From: the human T2T-CHM13v2.0 reference genome, Homo sapiens
Assembly: GCF_009914755.1 (NCBI RefSeq)
Contig: NC_060930.1
DNA: 64,000 nucleotides
Direction: 5' to 3' (one strand)
Both the position numbers and the translations under genes were made by a program. A model generated the notes under the pieces. It made no database searches and had not been told where the DNA came from. It saw nothing but the letters and a program-made list of their open reading frames with translations. Numbering within the stretch: the first letter of the stretch is position 1; each line of letters begins with the position of its first letter. Of this stretch, positions 1 through 15,807 are shown piece by piece.

Positions 1-319
1 TTTTCAGCAGTTTCCCCGTTGGCACCACCATTCTTCAGCAGCCAGTATTAAAGCCGATTTGATTCCTCTGTACTGAAGTTCAAGGGCAGAGACTGTATCT
101 TACCCACAGTGTTCACCCCTCCTCTTTCCAGTTCCCTGGAATAGAGGAGGCACTATATAAATATTTCTTGAGAATGATGAACTCCTTTATTTAACAAATA
201 TTTGGTGAATATCCACTACGTACCCGGACTTTTCTGGACACTGAGGATATAGAAAAAAAACAAAACAAAAAACCCTGCTCTCAAAGACCATAGCAATAAA
301 CAAAGTAAATTATATAGTA

Positions 320-1300
320 CAGTTAACCCTTGAACAACGTTGGGGTTAGGGGCCCTGTCCCCACCCCCTGTGCAGTCACAAATCTGCATATAACTTTTGG
401 CTCCCCCAAAACTTAACTACTAATAGCCTACCGTTGACTGGAAGCCTTATGGATAACATAAACAGTTGATTAACACATATTTTGTGTATGTATTATATAC
501 TGCATGCTTACAATAAAGCTAGAAAAAAGACAATGTTAAGAAAATCATAAGGAAGAGAAAATATATTTACAGTACTGTTATTAATACCTTAAGTTTATGT
601 CACCTGTTTACAAGTTGCAGACCTCAATCTACAGTATATATCAAGCAATTCAACTTTTTCTGGTATTATCATGACTTTTTTCTTCTTCGGAGCACTTAGA
701 GCATCACTAGTGGCACTCTGTATGAGTCCCATGGTGTTGCAAGGTTTATGGTATCACACTGAATACAAAGAAAAATACAAGAGAACCTCAAGAGATCACT
801 TTCTATGGTGATATGGAATTTACCGAAGAGACAAACTGCTCACGCAGAGATGATTAGCGTCACACGATGTTTTAAGCAGACACTTGCAACACCTGAGCTC
901 ACTGCAATAGCAAAGAAGATGGCTATAAAATTATTACAGTAGTATACACTAGTTAACTTTACACAGTTATGATTTAATACTACATTTCTCTCAACTGCAA
1001 ATGGCTCCATGTCCTGTCTATAGTGTTTGTGTGAATAAGTTTTGATAAATTTTACCTTTTACAATAGATATGTGTTTCTTTTATGGTAGCAAATGATAAA
1101 GCTGACTAGTATCTACATACATTTTATGCATTTATAACATACCTTTTTCTTAATTTCTTTTTGATATTTCTAGGCTACAGTTCTTCTGCAAAACATTTTC
1201 AAACTGTTACAAGTCTCCAAAAAGTTTTCCAATATATTTACTGAAAAAAATCCACGTATAAGTGGACCTACATAGTTCAAACCCATGTTGTTGAAGGGTT
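320..1300 (-). mobile_element. Tigger2-family non-autonomous DNA transposon nested in an L2
   Basis: TA + terminal inverted repeat cagttaacccttgaacaac at 320 and gttgttgaagggtt at 1287-1300; Tigger2-like subterminal sequence. Confidence 0.75.
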
Positions 1301-2142
1301 CTTTTGAGAGAAAATTAGTAAGGTAGGGGTAAGAAACACTACAATTTAAAATAGGAAGCTCAGGGAAGATGGCATCTGAGCAAAGACAACAGAGATGAGG
1401 GAAGAGGTAATGTGACTATCTAGAGGAAAAGTATTCCAGGCAAAGGGAGCAGCAACCAGTAAAAGACTGAAAGAGTGTGTTTCACTGTGTTCAAAAGTGC
1501 AGTGAAGCACGTATGGCTGGAATGGAAACAGCAAAGTGATCAAAGAGACCACGAAGGACTTTACAGGATACTCGCTAAGACTTGAGCTTCTAGTCAGATT
1601 GAGACAGATCCCTGAAGAGTTCTGAGCAGAACTGTATGAGCTGACTTCTGTTATAAAGGATCCTTGCTAATATTCTGAGAAAAGACTACACTCAGCCAGG
1701 GTAGAAACAGACTAGTTAGGAAGCTAATGATAATCTAGGCAATAAACCAGGACAGTGGTGTTGGTGGAGTGATGAGAAATGGTCGGACACGATGTATTTC
1801 AAAGGTAGAGCCAAAAGAACATACTAGTAGTCTGAAAGTGGAGTATGAGAAAGAGATGAATCAAGAGTAACTTCTAATCCAGTCCACCAGAGCTTAAAGG
1901 TAAAAATGTAAATAAAAAATAAAGAATGACTCCCAAGACTTCTTTCCTGAACAGCTGAAAAGACAGTTGTGATTAATTGAGATAAAGGTTATGGGTCAAG
2001 AAGGTTGGAGGGGAGGGGAAGAAAGTAATCCTGTCAATTTTGTGCATATTCATAGAAAGATCTCTATTAGATATCCAAGTGGAAATGTGGGTTAAGCACT
2101 TATACACACAAGTCTGGAGTCTGAGGAAAGAAGTTCAGACTG

Positions 2143-2455
2143 GGCTAGGTGCAGCGGCTCATGCCTGTAATCCCAGCACTTTGGGAGGCCGAGGTGGGCA
2201 CATCACTTGAGGTCAGGAGTTCAAGACTAGCCTGGCCAACATGGTGAAACCCGTCTGTACTAAAAATACAAAAATTAGCTGCAGGTGGTGGTGTATGCCT
2301 GTAATCCCAAGTACTCAGGAGGCTGAGGCAGGAGAATCACTTAAACCCGGGAAGTGGCGGTTGCAGTGAGCCGCGATCACACCACTGCATTCCAACCTAG
2401 ATCAGAGTAAAACTCTTGTCTCCAAAATAAAAATAAAAATAAAAATAAAAATAAA
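2143..2455 (+). mobile_element. AluS
   Basis: Dimeric Alu with A-rich tail. Confidence 0.9.
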
Positions 2456-2626
2456 GAAGTCTAGCCTGGAAATAGAAATTTTGGAGTCTGTGCATTTGTC
2501 TAATCCTAAGCCTGTCACCCCACCTGGGTTACAAATTCTACCAAAATAAGACTATGTTTATACTGCATTCATCATTGTATCATCTGCTGTACCTGTACGG
2601 TCAAACAGTGAACGCTTAATCAGTAA

Positions 2627-3033
<407 letters not shown>

Positions 3034-3307
3034 GAGAACATCTTTTTAAAAGAATGAACAGCATCGCCTTTCAAAGAAACAATGTGATGGTGAAATAGTG
3101 TAACAACATTTGTCATCAATAAAGTCTGGTAATAATAGGAAAACATTTTTAAAAGGAAGTCTAAGCAATTTATGAATACATTTGTAATCACCTTCTTTAT
3201 GTCTGAATAAAAAGTATGATTAAGGGAACAGGCATCTAAGAAAAGAAAATAAGCCTATCTTTATCAGGTCCTCCCAAGATCAAGCAGATATGCAACAAGA
3301 TGTTTAA

Positions 3308-3934
<627 letters not shown>

Positions 3935-4189
3935 AACATAATGCAGTTATTAATCTAATGTTTGTCACCACATTTATAAAACCTTCATGTTGTCCTGTAA
4001 TTCCTACTGCCAAGTTCCCAACTGCTTTCCTCTGTATAGGACTTAAGTGTGTATATGCTGCATGTCTGATACACCCCTCTGTCAGGATAGAACAAAGAAG
4101 GAATAACTTTTTAAAACAATTTAAAGTTTTATCAGATCGCTAATATTCCTTCAAGAGCTAAAGCCTGAGAAAACTGTAAGCTCTACACA

Positions 4190-5010
<821 letters not shown>

Positions 5011-5039
5011 ATTCATCCCCATTCTTTTCCCTGCACTTA

Positions 5040-5860
5040 AATCCCCAAACTGATCATTGGGCCAATCACCAAAAGCTTTCAAGAGGACAAGAAATAAGTA
5101 ATCCTAGAAATGAGTGAAAATTCAAAATCTGCACTCCACTCTCATTCTCTCCTCAGTACTTATATTCAATAAACAGTCCAAGCTTTCTTAGAATTCTCTT
5201 TCTAATCTGACCACCTGTCACTGGAAAGAGCCTCTGAAATGGACACCCCCTCCATCTAGTTTCCCACCCAGCCATCACCAACCTCCCCCTCCACCCACCA
5301 AACCATTCTCCACACAATATTCCACAAAAGCCAAACTGACCATGTTTTATTACCATACTTTAAAACCTCCATTGTTTACCAAATAACTTACAGGATAAAG
5401 TATAACCCTCTTAAAATACCTGAGTTGGTCGTAAGTGCCAATCACATTCAAATCTTTACCATTTACTAAACACCTCCATGCTTTTGCATATACTTTCCCC
5501 TATATATGGAATGCCCTTCTCCCACTTACCTTTTAAGACCTATCTCGTGTCACCTCCTCTGCATGAAACACTTCCCCAAATCCCAAAATATAATTATTTA
5601 CTCCTTCCTATGTGCTCCCAAAGCACCTTCCACTAGCCATTTTAACACATATCGTAATGTGTTATATTTACTTAATTACAGGAGGCAGCAGAGAGTAGTG
5701 GCTAACAAGAGATGCTCTGGCATAAGACAGAGTTGAGTCCAACAAACAGTCTTCCACCTGGTAGCTGTATGACTTTAGGAAAGTTGGTAACCTCCTCTAG
5801 GACGCAGTTTTCTCATGAATAAAATGAGATAATACATGAATCTAGCTCAAAGTGCTACCG
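5040..5860. mobile_element. L2 and MIR remnants
   Basis: Degenerate L2 (caaactgaccatg, caggataaag) and MIR core (tgactttaggaaagtt..cagttttctcat). Confidence 0.55.
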
Positions 5861-6039
5861 TGAGTGCATTCCGCACTACCCACCTTCAGGCTAGCTAGCA
5901 CTCACTCACTGAACAGCAACAGAGCTGAGTCTAGATGTAACTCTGGAGTCTACTGAAGGCTTGCAACTTTCCGGGAAAGGCTTGGAGGGTAAATTACGAA
6001 GGCTGTTGGTCAATTTTAGTTCCTTGGTTTGTACCTCCA

Positions 6040-6528
6040 TGTTGGGGCTCAGTGATACCCAAAATATGGCATTTTGACATGCTGAATGAAGAAGCCTCAA
6101 GGTCTCTCTGACTTTCCTCCCTGCCCTCCTGATGCCCCCCACCATATCCCAAAGCCTTCATCTGCCTAAGATCCAGACCCACCAAAACGAACAACTGCTT
6201 TTCTTCTCCTCCTGTAGGACCAAGAAGGTAACCACACCTAAACAGACCCTTCACAAGATAATGTACAAGTTAATCTCTGTTCTCTGATCCATTGTCCCTA
6301 GCAATCCTATCAACAGAATTCCTCTTCTCCCCCTTCCCATAACCTGTTTCACCAGGATGGTATATAAGCTTCTGAACTACATTGGGATGTGGGGAATCAC
6401 TCTGTGGTTCGCCCCATGTTCACATTAAATACATGTGTATGTCTTTCCTCCAATTAATCCACCTTGTCTGAGTTGATTTTTCAGCAAATCTTCAGAGGGC
6501 AAAAGGGAAGTTTCCCTTGGCCCCTACA
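6040..6528 (+). mobile_element. Solo ERV1 LTR, MER39-like
   Basis: TG...CA ends (tgttggggctcag...cccctaca); 4-bp TSD tcca at 6036-6039 and 6529-6532. Confidence 0.75.
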
Positions 6529-6532
6529 TCCA

Positions 6533-8010
6533 CACTTTGTTTTCTAAACAATAAACTAATGCATTTAAAAGAATTATTAGTTTATGCTTTGGGGCACACA
6601 ATGTATAAAGATGTAATTAGGGGAAATCAAATACTGAAAGAGGTGGGAAAGGAGCTATAAAGGAGCAGAGTTTTTATATGTCAAAGTTAAACTGGTATAA
6701 ATTGAAATTACAATATTTAGGATGTTTAATGTAATCCCCATGGTAACCACACAAAAAGTAACTACAGAATATACTCAAAAGAAAATGAGATGTGAGCAGT
6801 GGCTCACACATGTAATCCCAGCACTTTGAGAGTCCGAGACATAGATCACTTGGGCCCAGGAGTTTGAGACAAGCTTGAGCAACATGGCAAAACCCAGTCT
6901 CTATTTAAAAATAAAATAAAATAAAAATTAGAAAATGCAAAGAAATGTAAACATTTCACTACAAAAAAAATCAGCTAAACAAAAAAATAGTAATGCAGGA
7001 AATAAGGAACAAAAGGATATATGCCTATAGAAAACAAATAGCAAAATGACAGAGGTCCTTCTTTTTACTTTTTGTGTGTGACAGGGTCTCCTTCTGTCAT
7101 CCAGGTTGGAGTGCAGTGACATGATCATAGCTCACTGCAGCCTCGATCTCCTGGGCTCAAGTGATCCTCCTGCTTCAGCCTCCTGAGTAGCTAGGACTAA
7201 AGGTGCGTGCCACCATGCCTGGCTAATATTTTTTTGTTTGTTTGTTTGTAGGAACACGGTCTCATTATGTTGCCCAGGCTGGTTCAAACTCCTGGACTCA
7301 AGTGTTCCTCCCACCTCAGCTTCCCAAAGTGCTGGGATTACAGGAATGAAACACTGCACCTGGCCCTCCTTCCTTAACAGTAATTACTTTAAATGTAAAT
7401 GGTTAAATGTTCCAATCAAAAGACTGGCAGAATGGATTAAAAGCACCTGATCCAACTACGTCCATCTACAAGAGACTCACTTTATATCCAAAGACACAAA
7501 CAGATTGAAGGTGAAAGGATGGAAAAAATATTCCATGGAAACAGTAACCAAAAGATAGCAGGGTGGTGACTATAAGACAAAATAGACTTTAAAACAAAAA
7601 AGATTACAAGAGATAAAAGACATTACATATTAGTAAGAGGTTCAATACAGCAAGAAGATATAACATTTATAAACATTTACGTATCTAATGATCATCAAAA
7701 TGTACAATGCAAAAACCAACAGAACTGAAGAGAGAAACAGACAGTGCTACAATAATAGTTTCAGACTTCAATACACCCTCCATCCCCAAAAATGGATAGA
7801 ACAACCAAAAAGAAGATAAGGAAATAGAGGACTTAACACAAACCAACTAGATCTAACAGACATATACAACGCTCACTACCCTACAGCAGCAGCACATACA
7901 TTGTTCAGAAGTGCCATGGGACGTTTTGCAGGATAGACTATATGTTAAGCCACAAGATATTTTATTTTGAAAGATAGATATCATACAAAGTACCTTCTCT
8001 GACCGTAACA
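6533..8010 (+). mobile_element. Old L1M fragment with degenerate ORF2 endonuclease N-terminus, interrupted by FLAM (6795-6927, +) and AluJ (7060-7365, -)
   Basis: Sequence after 7380 gives ITLNVNG..PIKR / AEWIK / LQETH / RLKVKGWKKIFH-like peptides across frameshifts. Confidence 0.8.
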
Positions 8011-8992
8011 GATGAGTATGACCAATAAAGATGAGTATACTGAGATACACAGAAGTTAAATCAGTAACCAATACAGATGAGTATACTGAAACACACGGAA
8101 GTTAAATAACTTGCCTAAAATTACAGTAGGCTGCAGAGCCACATTTCAAAACCAGGCATTTTGAAAAAGTAAGGTTAAGTAAGTTTTGAAAAGGGAAGAT
8201 CAAGCCCCAAAAGTAAGATCAAGGAGTCAACAAAAACTTTTTTTAAATGATACATTTTATCTCAATTCAAAAGGAATTCTTTCCATAACCTACGGAAAGA
8301 ATAAAAGCATGCTTTTGATTATTCGAAATTCTAATAATTACAAGCAATCAGTTATTTTCTCTTGTCAGATAATACTCTTGTCAAATATATCAATGAAAGC
8401 CTAATGATATAAAATGTTTAAAGTGATAACTCTTCTATTGTAAATCAAAAAAGCAGTAAACAAAATTATGCACTTACAAATAATGGTTGGATTGAAATTC
8501 CACATAAACATTAAGAACACTTCTCATTTTAAAAGCACTAGGAAAGACAAACATTAACAATTACAAGAAAGCACAAAGTGGGCAGTACACACAAAAGGTC
8601 ACAGCACAGTATTGTTGGCAATACCAAAGATGGGTAGTGTTAAGGTAATTATGTGCAATTATTTCAAAATGTTAAGGATATCCAAATTACATAAGGCTCC
8701 AATCATAGCACAATGGTAAATACTCTGGAAGCCATTAATAGACAACTATGATAAACTGATTGTAAACTTGTATCATTAAAGTTGTTTGACAAAAATATCT
8801 GGCTTTTAACTCCCAGAACTTTACGTTACTGTTCTGTAAGTGCTTCTTAGCTATGTAAAACAAAAAGGCTAACACATTAGTTTTTTGGATTTTGTTGTTG
8901 TTGTTAGCAAAGAGCACATAGCAAAACAAATATACTACCTCCCAAAATGGCAACTACAGCAAAAGACCATTACTAAGGAAGCTCTCCTCCAA

Positions 8993-9537
<545 letters not shown>

Positions 9538-9886
9538 TCATTTTATTCAGCCAATTTGCAAACCAAGAGAGTAAAACAAATAACTACTAAAAGGGGTATT
9601 AATTATAAGTACGCTTAGCTAAACATGTTAGGCAGAAATCAAGGCAAAAGTATTCCATTAATAATGTTTTAGATAACAGGTACGTTCAATTAACATGTCA
9701 AATATGCCAATAAACGAACTATTTCCATTTTTCAAACCGCAGACTTTACAAGCTGTGAAATGGTGCTATGCTTTCTGGTGTATTCAAGAGCCCACTAATT
9801 CCAAAACAGCCATGCTGAAACGACTGTCAACCTTAAAAATTGAAAGTCCCAAATGTGTTGCAGAAAACACACAAAAAAAAACCTCA

Positions 9887-10701
<815 letters not shown>

Positions 10702-10739
10702 TACTTATATATGCTGTTGTGTTTCCCCAAAACTGTACT

Positions 10740-11880
10740 ACGGGGGTCCTCATCTTTTACTTAAAATCCTTAAGAACAAATGTGCTTCAGAATTTTTCAG
10801 ATTTGCCCCGTCCGGGAAGGAGGTGGGGGGGTCAGCCCCCCGCCCGGCCAGCCGCCCCGTCCGGGAGGTGAGGGGCACCTCTGCCCGGCCGCCCCTACTG
10901 GGAAGTGAGGAGCCCCTCTGCCCGGCCAGCCGCCCCGTCCGGGAGGGAGGTGGGGGGTCAGCCCCCCGCCCGGCCAGCTGCCCCGTCCGGGAGGGAGGTG
11001 GGGGGGTCAGCCCCCCGCCCGGCCAGCCGCCCCGTCCGGGAGGTGAGGGGCGCCTCTCCTCAGCCGCCCCTACTGGGACGTGAGGAGCCCCTCTGCCCGG
11101 CCACCACCCCGTCTGGGAGGTGTACCCAACAGCTCATTGAGAACGGGCCATGATGACAATGGCGGTTTTGTGGAATAGAAAGAGGGGAAAGGCAGGGAAA
11201 GGATTGGGAAATCGGATGGTTGCCATGTCTGTGTAGAAAGAGGTAGACACGGGAGACTTTTCATTTTGTTCTGTACTAGGAAAAATTCTTCTGCCTTGGG
11301 ATCCTGTTGATCGGTGACCCTACCCCCAACCCTGTGCCCTCTGAAACATGTGCTGTGTCCACTCAGGGTTAAATGGATTAAGGGTGGTGCAAGATGTGCT
11401 TTGTTAAACAGATGCTTGAAGGCAGCATGCTCGTTAAGAGTCATCACCACTCCCTAATCTCAAGTACCCAGGGACACAAACACTGCGGAAGGCCGCAGGG
11501 TCCTCTGCCTAGGAAAACCAGAGACCTCTGTTCACTTGTTTATCTGCTGACCCTCCCTCCACTATTGTCCTATGACCCTGCCAAATCCCCCTCTGTGAGA
11601 AACACCCAAGAATGATCAATTAAAAAAAAAAAAAAAATCAAAAAAAAAAAAAAAAAGAATTTTTCAGATTTTAGAAAAGTAACACAGCGTTTACACTCAA
11701 ACAGACCCTATGGGGTCTAAAGTGCACCAATAACCAAACAAATTAATATTCCAAGACAGAACATAACTATTTATTAAGTGAGATAAAGATTATTCAGTAG
11801 CCTCCTGTCAGTACAAGTCGGCAAATTATTTTGCAGCAAACTTCTGAAAAAAGTTCCTTATTCAGAGCTTTGAATGAGGC
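10740..11880. mobile_element. TcMar-Tigger MER46-like DNA transposon remnant interrupted by the SVA
   Basis: Flanks join into aaaatcctt..tgtgcttcagaatttttcagattttagaaaagtaa..ggggtct..agcctc, resembling recalled MER46C. Confidence 0.5.
10805..11655 (+). mobile_element. SVA retrotransposon, 5'-truncated (partial VNTR + SINE-R + poly(A)), antisense to SEC63
   Basis: GC-rich VNTR units (cccgtccgggagg...), SINE-R ending aacacccaagaatgatcaat, A-tail, 16-bp TSD agaatttttcagattt at 10789-10804 and 11656-11671. Confidence 0.95.
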
Positions 11881-12360
11881 AGTAATTCAAGATTTCTCTT
11901 TCATATTCAAGATACTGCAACTGGGCTGCAGAAAAAAAGTCACTATGATGAAAACATCCTTTTACTACAACTGTAATTCCACAGAAACAAGTTATTAGGG
12001 TAAATCCAAGAAAAAAGTCCAAGTGGTGCCCAACAATTTTCATAATGATTAGAATAGCATTTAAGTATTCACCTTAATTTTCATAACACAATTTTGAGCA
12101 AGAGCAAACAAATACATCAAAATATGCATATGGACTAAGGCAAGCCTGAAGCAGAGAGCCGGATGTAAAACGGGCAAACTGACACCCATAATAGTTCACC
12201 TAACTTTCTATCTAGCAGTATGGAAACCACACAGGGCTCTGAAGCTAAGCGACCAATGTTCTAATCCCAGTTCAACCATACAGGAAAATTACTTACATGC
12301 TCTACCCCCAGTTTCTTTACCTGTAAATGGAGATAATAATAGAACCTACCTCACTGCATT

Positions 12361-12615
12361 GCTGGAGTGTGGTGGCACGATCTCGGCTCATTGCAACCTC
12401 CAGCTCCCGGGTTCAAGCAATTCTCCCTGCCTCAGCCTCCCGGGTAGCTGGAATTACAGGCGTCCGCCACCACTCCCAGCTAACTTTTTGTATTTTTGTA
12501 GAGACGGGGTTTCACCATGTTGGCCAGGCTGGTCTTGAACTCCTGACTTTAGGTGATCCGCCCGCCTGGGCCTCCCAAAGTGAGCCACGGCAGGCGTGAG
12601 CCACCATGCCCGGCC
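12361..12615 (-). mobile_element. Tailless AluS inside a MIR
   Basis: Alu lacks 3' end and A-tail; flanked by acctcactgcatt direct repeats. Confidence 0.85.
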
Positions 12616-12757
12616 AACCTCACTGCATTTTTAAGAAGATTAAATAAAGTAAAAGTTGAAGTCCATGATTTACAAATAGTATTAATTCCCTCCACCTAAA
12701 CTACCACCACTTTTTCAAAGACACTTACATGCTGAAGGGGGTCAAGTATGACTTGTT

Positions 12758-13280
<523 letters not shown>

Positions 13281-15039
13281 CAACTTTAAAAATCCAATGT
13301 AGATTAAAAAATGATGGCTAATTTCTGAAATCAGGGCAGTTTCTCAAAACACTTTTTTTTATACCTTTGTTCTGCCTGATCAAAACACATTCTGGCCAAA
13401 CCCACCGACTACTCTCCCAATACCTTTTTGTTTTCTACACTACCAATTGCACACATAATGGCTGTTAGGTGAAAATAAACTACTGAAAAGTGTACCCTTT
13501 TAACTTGAAATACAACAACCACAAGAATGGCCTAGGTTTGCAGATAAGAAAAGCCATTACAGCATTAAGACTTCACTTATACACAACCACTGCCCAAAGA
13601 ACCTACCCAATTTTTTTTCCTTTTTCAACATCGAGGAAGAACCTACACAATTTAAATGCACTTAGGAAATAAGGCACAACAGTCCAAGATCCAAATTTCA
13701 TAAACTACCCATTGAGTAAAAAAAGTATTAAGACTAGTAACTTTGGACAGATTTTTGCATCTAATGGATTTTTAAACTTATTGTCAAACGTACAAAATGA
13801 TGCAATCCTTTGTTACTATTTATCCTAAATTTATTTTAGTTCTATTCCAAGTCAAGAATGTTAGTTTCCTGCAGATCACATGGGGCGGGGGGGAAAAAGA
13901 ATGTTACAGGACACTGAATCCATCTGAAAGTATAACAAGTTCTGAGCTGATTCAAGGCTTCACTGTTAACAACTTCCCCAAGTAGAGTATATAACCTGGA
14001 CAACCTAGACCTCCAGCACACCCAATTGAAGAGAAGATATTTAAGCAAGTTAGCACAGCTCTTGTGCAATAGAAAGCTTTCCCTAAGTTGTTAATACTCA
14101 AAACCCACTCCTTACTGTTAACACTACCATAAATAACCCATTAGGCCCTCGCAGTTACATCAGCTTTAAGAATACCATCTGCCATATGTCCTAGTAGAGT
14201 GCAACAAATGGATGCAAACATTACCCAAACATCAAGTGAAATATGAAAAGAATCTGTTATTCTGTGCTTTAATTCGATGTTGTTTAATGTGAAAAGACTT
14301 AGAACCAAAAGTAAATCGACCCACTACCTCAAAATTCCCTACAAGATTAATTAAACGAGACTTAATCCTTCATACTTGCACTTTTTCCGTCACAAACAGG
14401 AAACTCCGAAGAAAAGGAAATAGAAAAAAGCCTATTTTTGCTAAGAGGAATAACGGCATTGCTTCCAACCCCCACAGTGAGTGAACAAATGAAAAAGCAA
14501 CGGGAGGAAGTGACGGGGGTAGGCGGTGGAAAGCTCAATTGGAGTCCTAAGCATGCCACCCGGCTCAGAGATGCCCTAAAACATCTGTTAAGAGCAGCTG
14601 CAACAGGGAAACCGGAGTCGGGGGATGAGGGCCGCGAACTGGACGGACTGAGAGTTGTGCCCGCACGTTCAGTCTCTTCTTGGCCAACTCTTTGCTCACC
14701 TCCCAAGTCCCCATCCCGCTTCCTCCATAAAGAAAAATCCCCAATAAAAGCAAAGGCAGAGAAGACAAAGAGGCAGGAGGAGGCTGCAAGGAGCGTCCAC
14801 AACAATGGAGAAGATGGAGCGAGCGAAACTCCTGAGGACAATGAAGGGAGGTGGAGAAGCGCCGAGGGAAACGCTGCTGACCCGGGCCCCGCCAGTGGCG
14901 GACGCTGGACACAGGCCGGGCCGCACCGTCCCTGTCATCCCGGACGCCGCGGGCTGGGGCCGGGCAAGCGGGCGCCGCAGGGCCTGGGGGCGCTGGCGGG
15001 GCCTGCGCGGGTTCGCGGGCAAAGGCCGGCGGGACTCAC

Positions 15040-15163
15040 CGGCATTCTGATCTCGGGGCCAGAGGTAGTATGTCGCCGGGATCACGATGAGCCCCACGAA
15101 GGAGGTGAGGAAGTAGAAGAAGGTGTTCCCACTGTCATCGTACTGGAACTGCTGCCCGGCCAT
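15040..15163 (-). CDS. SEC63: SEC63 coding exon 1 (ER translocon-associated J-domain protein): MAGQQFQYDDSGNTFFYFLTSFVGLIVIPATYYLWPRDQNA + phase-1 G; includes first TM helix. Exon 2 not seen in window
   Basis: Recognised N-terminal peptide; strong Kozak GCCATGG; canonical donor CCG|GTGAGT at 15040/15039; 124 nt coding; lies within CpG island. Confidence 0.96.
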
Positions 15164-15380
15164 GGCACCCCCTCCTCCGCCTCGCTCTTCTCACCGCCGC
15201 CGCCACGACCACGCTCTGCACTCCCGCTCCCAACGCCCCAGCCCGAGTGGCGTAGCTTGGACACTGCCGCCGCCGCCTCTCCTCCCCGCCCCCACGCCAC
15301 TCTCACGGACACGCCGCCGCCACCTCTGCCGCTGCCGCCGCCGTCGCCAGCTCTCGCGAGAGGAGATAGTTCCCGCCCCG
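15164..15380 (-). other. SEC63: SEC63 5'UTR (TSS approximate), GC-rich with GGC tracts and no upstream ATG
   Basis: No CAT on + strand between 15164 and about 15480; (GCC)n runs near 15195, 15265 and 15313-15348; TSS position inferred. Confidence 0.6.
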
Positions 15381-15807
15381 CTCAGTTTTCCCTCCCCCTG
15401 CGTGTCCCCAGCGAGCTCGCTAAGGGAGACGTGGCGAGCGCAACGGTGGAACTCGGCGAGGTCTCGCCCTTAGCCCCGCCCTAACGTCAAAGCCCGCCCC
15501 CAACCCCTCCCCTAGGGTCCCGCCCCTAACCGCTCCGCCTTCCTCCACCGCTCAGTTTCCCAGCGCACCACGCCGGATTCCGGGCGTCGGCGTACAGGAT
15601 CCCAGAGAAGGCTTCCCGCCGGAGCAGCGGTCGCGGGCGGTTCACCTGGCTGCGCAGGGGTCCCAGATATTCAGAGAAGAGCTGAGGCTCAGCCTGTCCT
15701 GCCCTCTGGATTAATTGCCCTGGTTGATCACGTTTCCTTGGGTTCTGGATCTGCTCCTCCAGCCCCCATATTTTGGAAACAAGTGTCATTTAGAATAGGG
15801 GGTGGGA

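Larger units (their letters stand above)
185..2500 (-). mobile_element. L2 LINE 3' region, fragmented by Tigger2 and an Alu
   Basis: L2-like tttatttaacaaatatttggtgaat start and typical L2 3' body after 1300. Confidence 0.65.
14780..15660. promoter_or_regulatory. CpG island / SEC63 promoter with GC boxes (about 15372, 15474, 15493, 15519), TCTCGCGAGA palindrome (15352-15361) and ACGT-core motifs (15428-15434, 15484-15489)
   Basis: Sharp rise in GC and CpG density over exon 1; motifs read directly from the sequence. Confidence 0.9.

Noticed and set aside
7366-8010. Endonuclease-like coding remnant
   Set aside because: Degenerate, frameshifted L1 ORF2 fragment that cannot be functional
10805-11110. 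GC-rich tandem units and overlapping ORFs resembling an array
   Set aside because: SVA VNTR; no unique spacers, primate DNA, not CRISPR
14696-15039. C-terminal part of the 155-aa ORF starting at the SEC63 ATG
   Set aside because: Read-through into intron 1 past a canonical GTGAGT donor; only the first 41 codons are SEC63
14438-15484. 348-aa + strand ORF across SEC63 exon 1
   Set aside because: TTG start, low-complexity Pro/Gly/Arg product; expected from stop-poor CpG-island DNA antisense to a real exon
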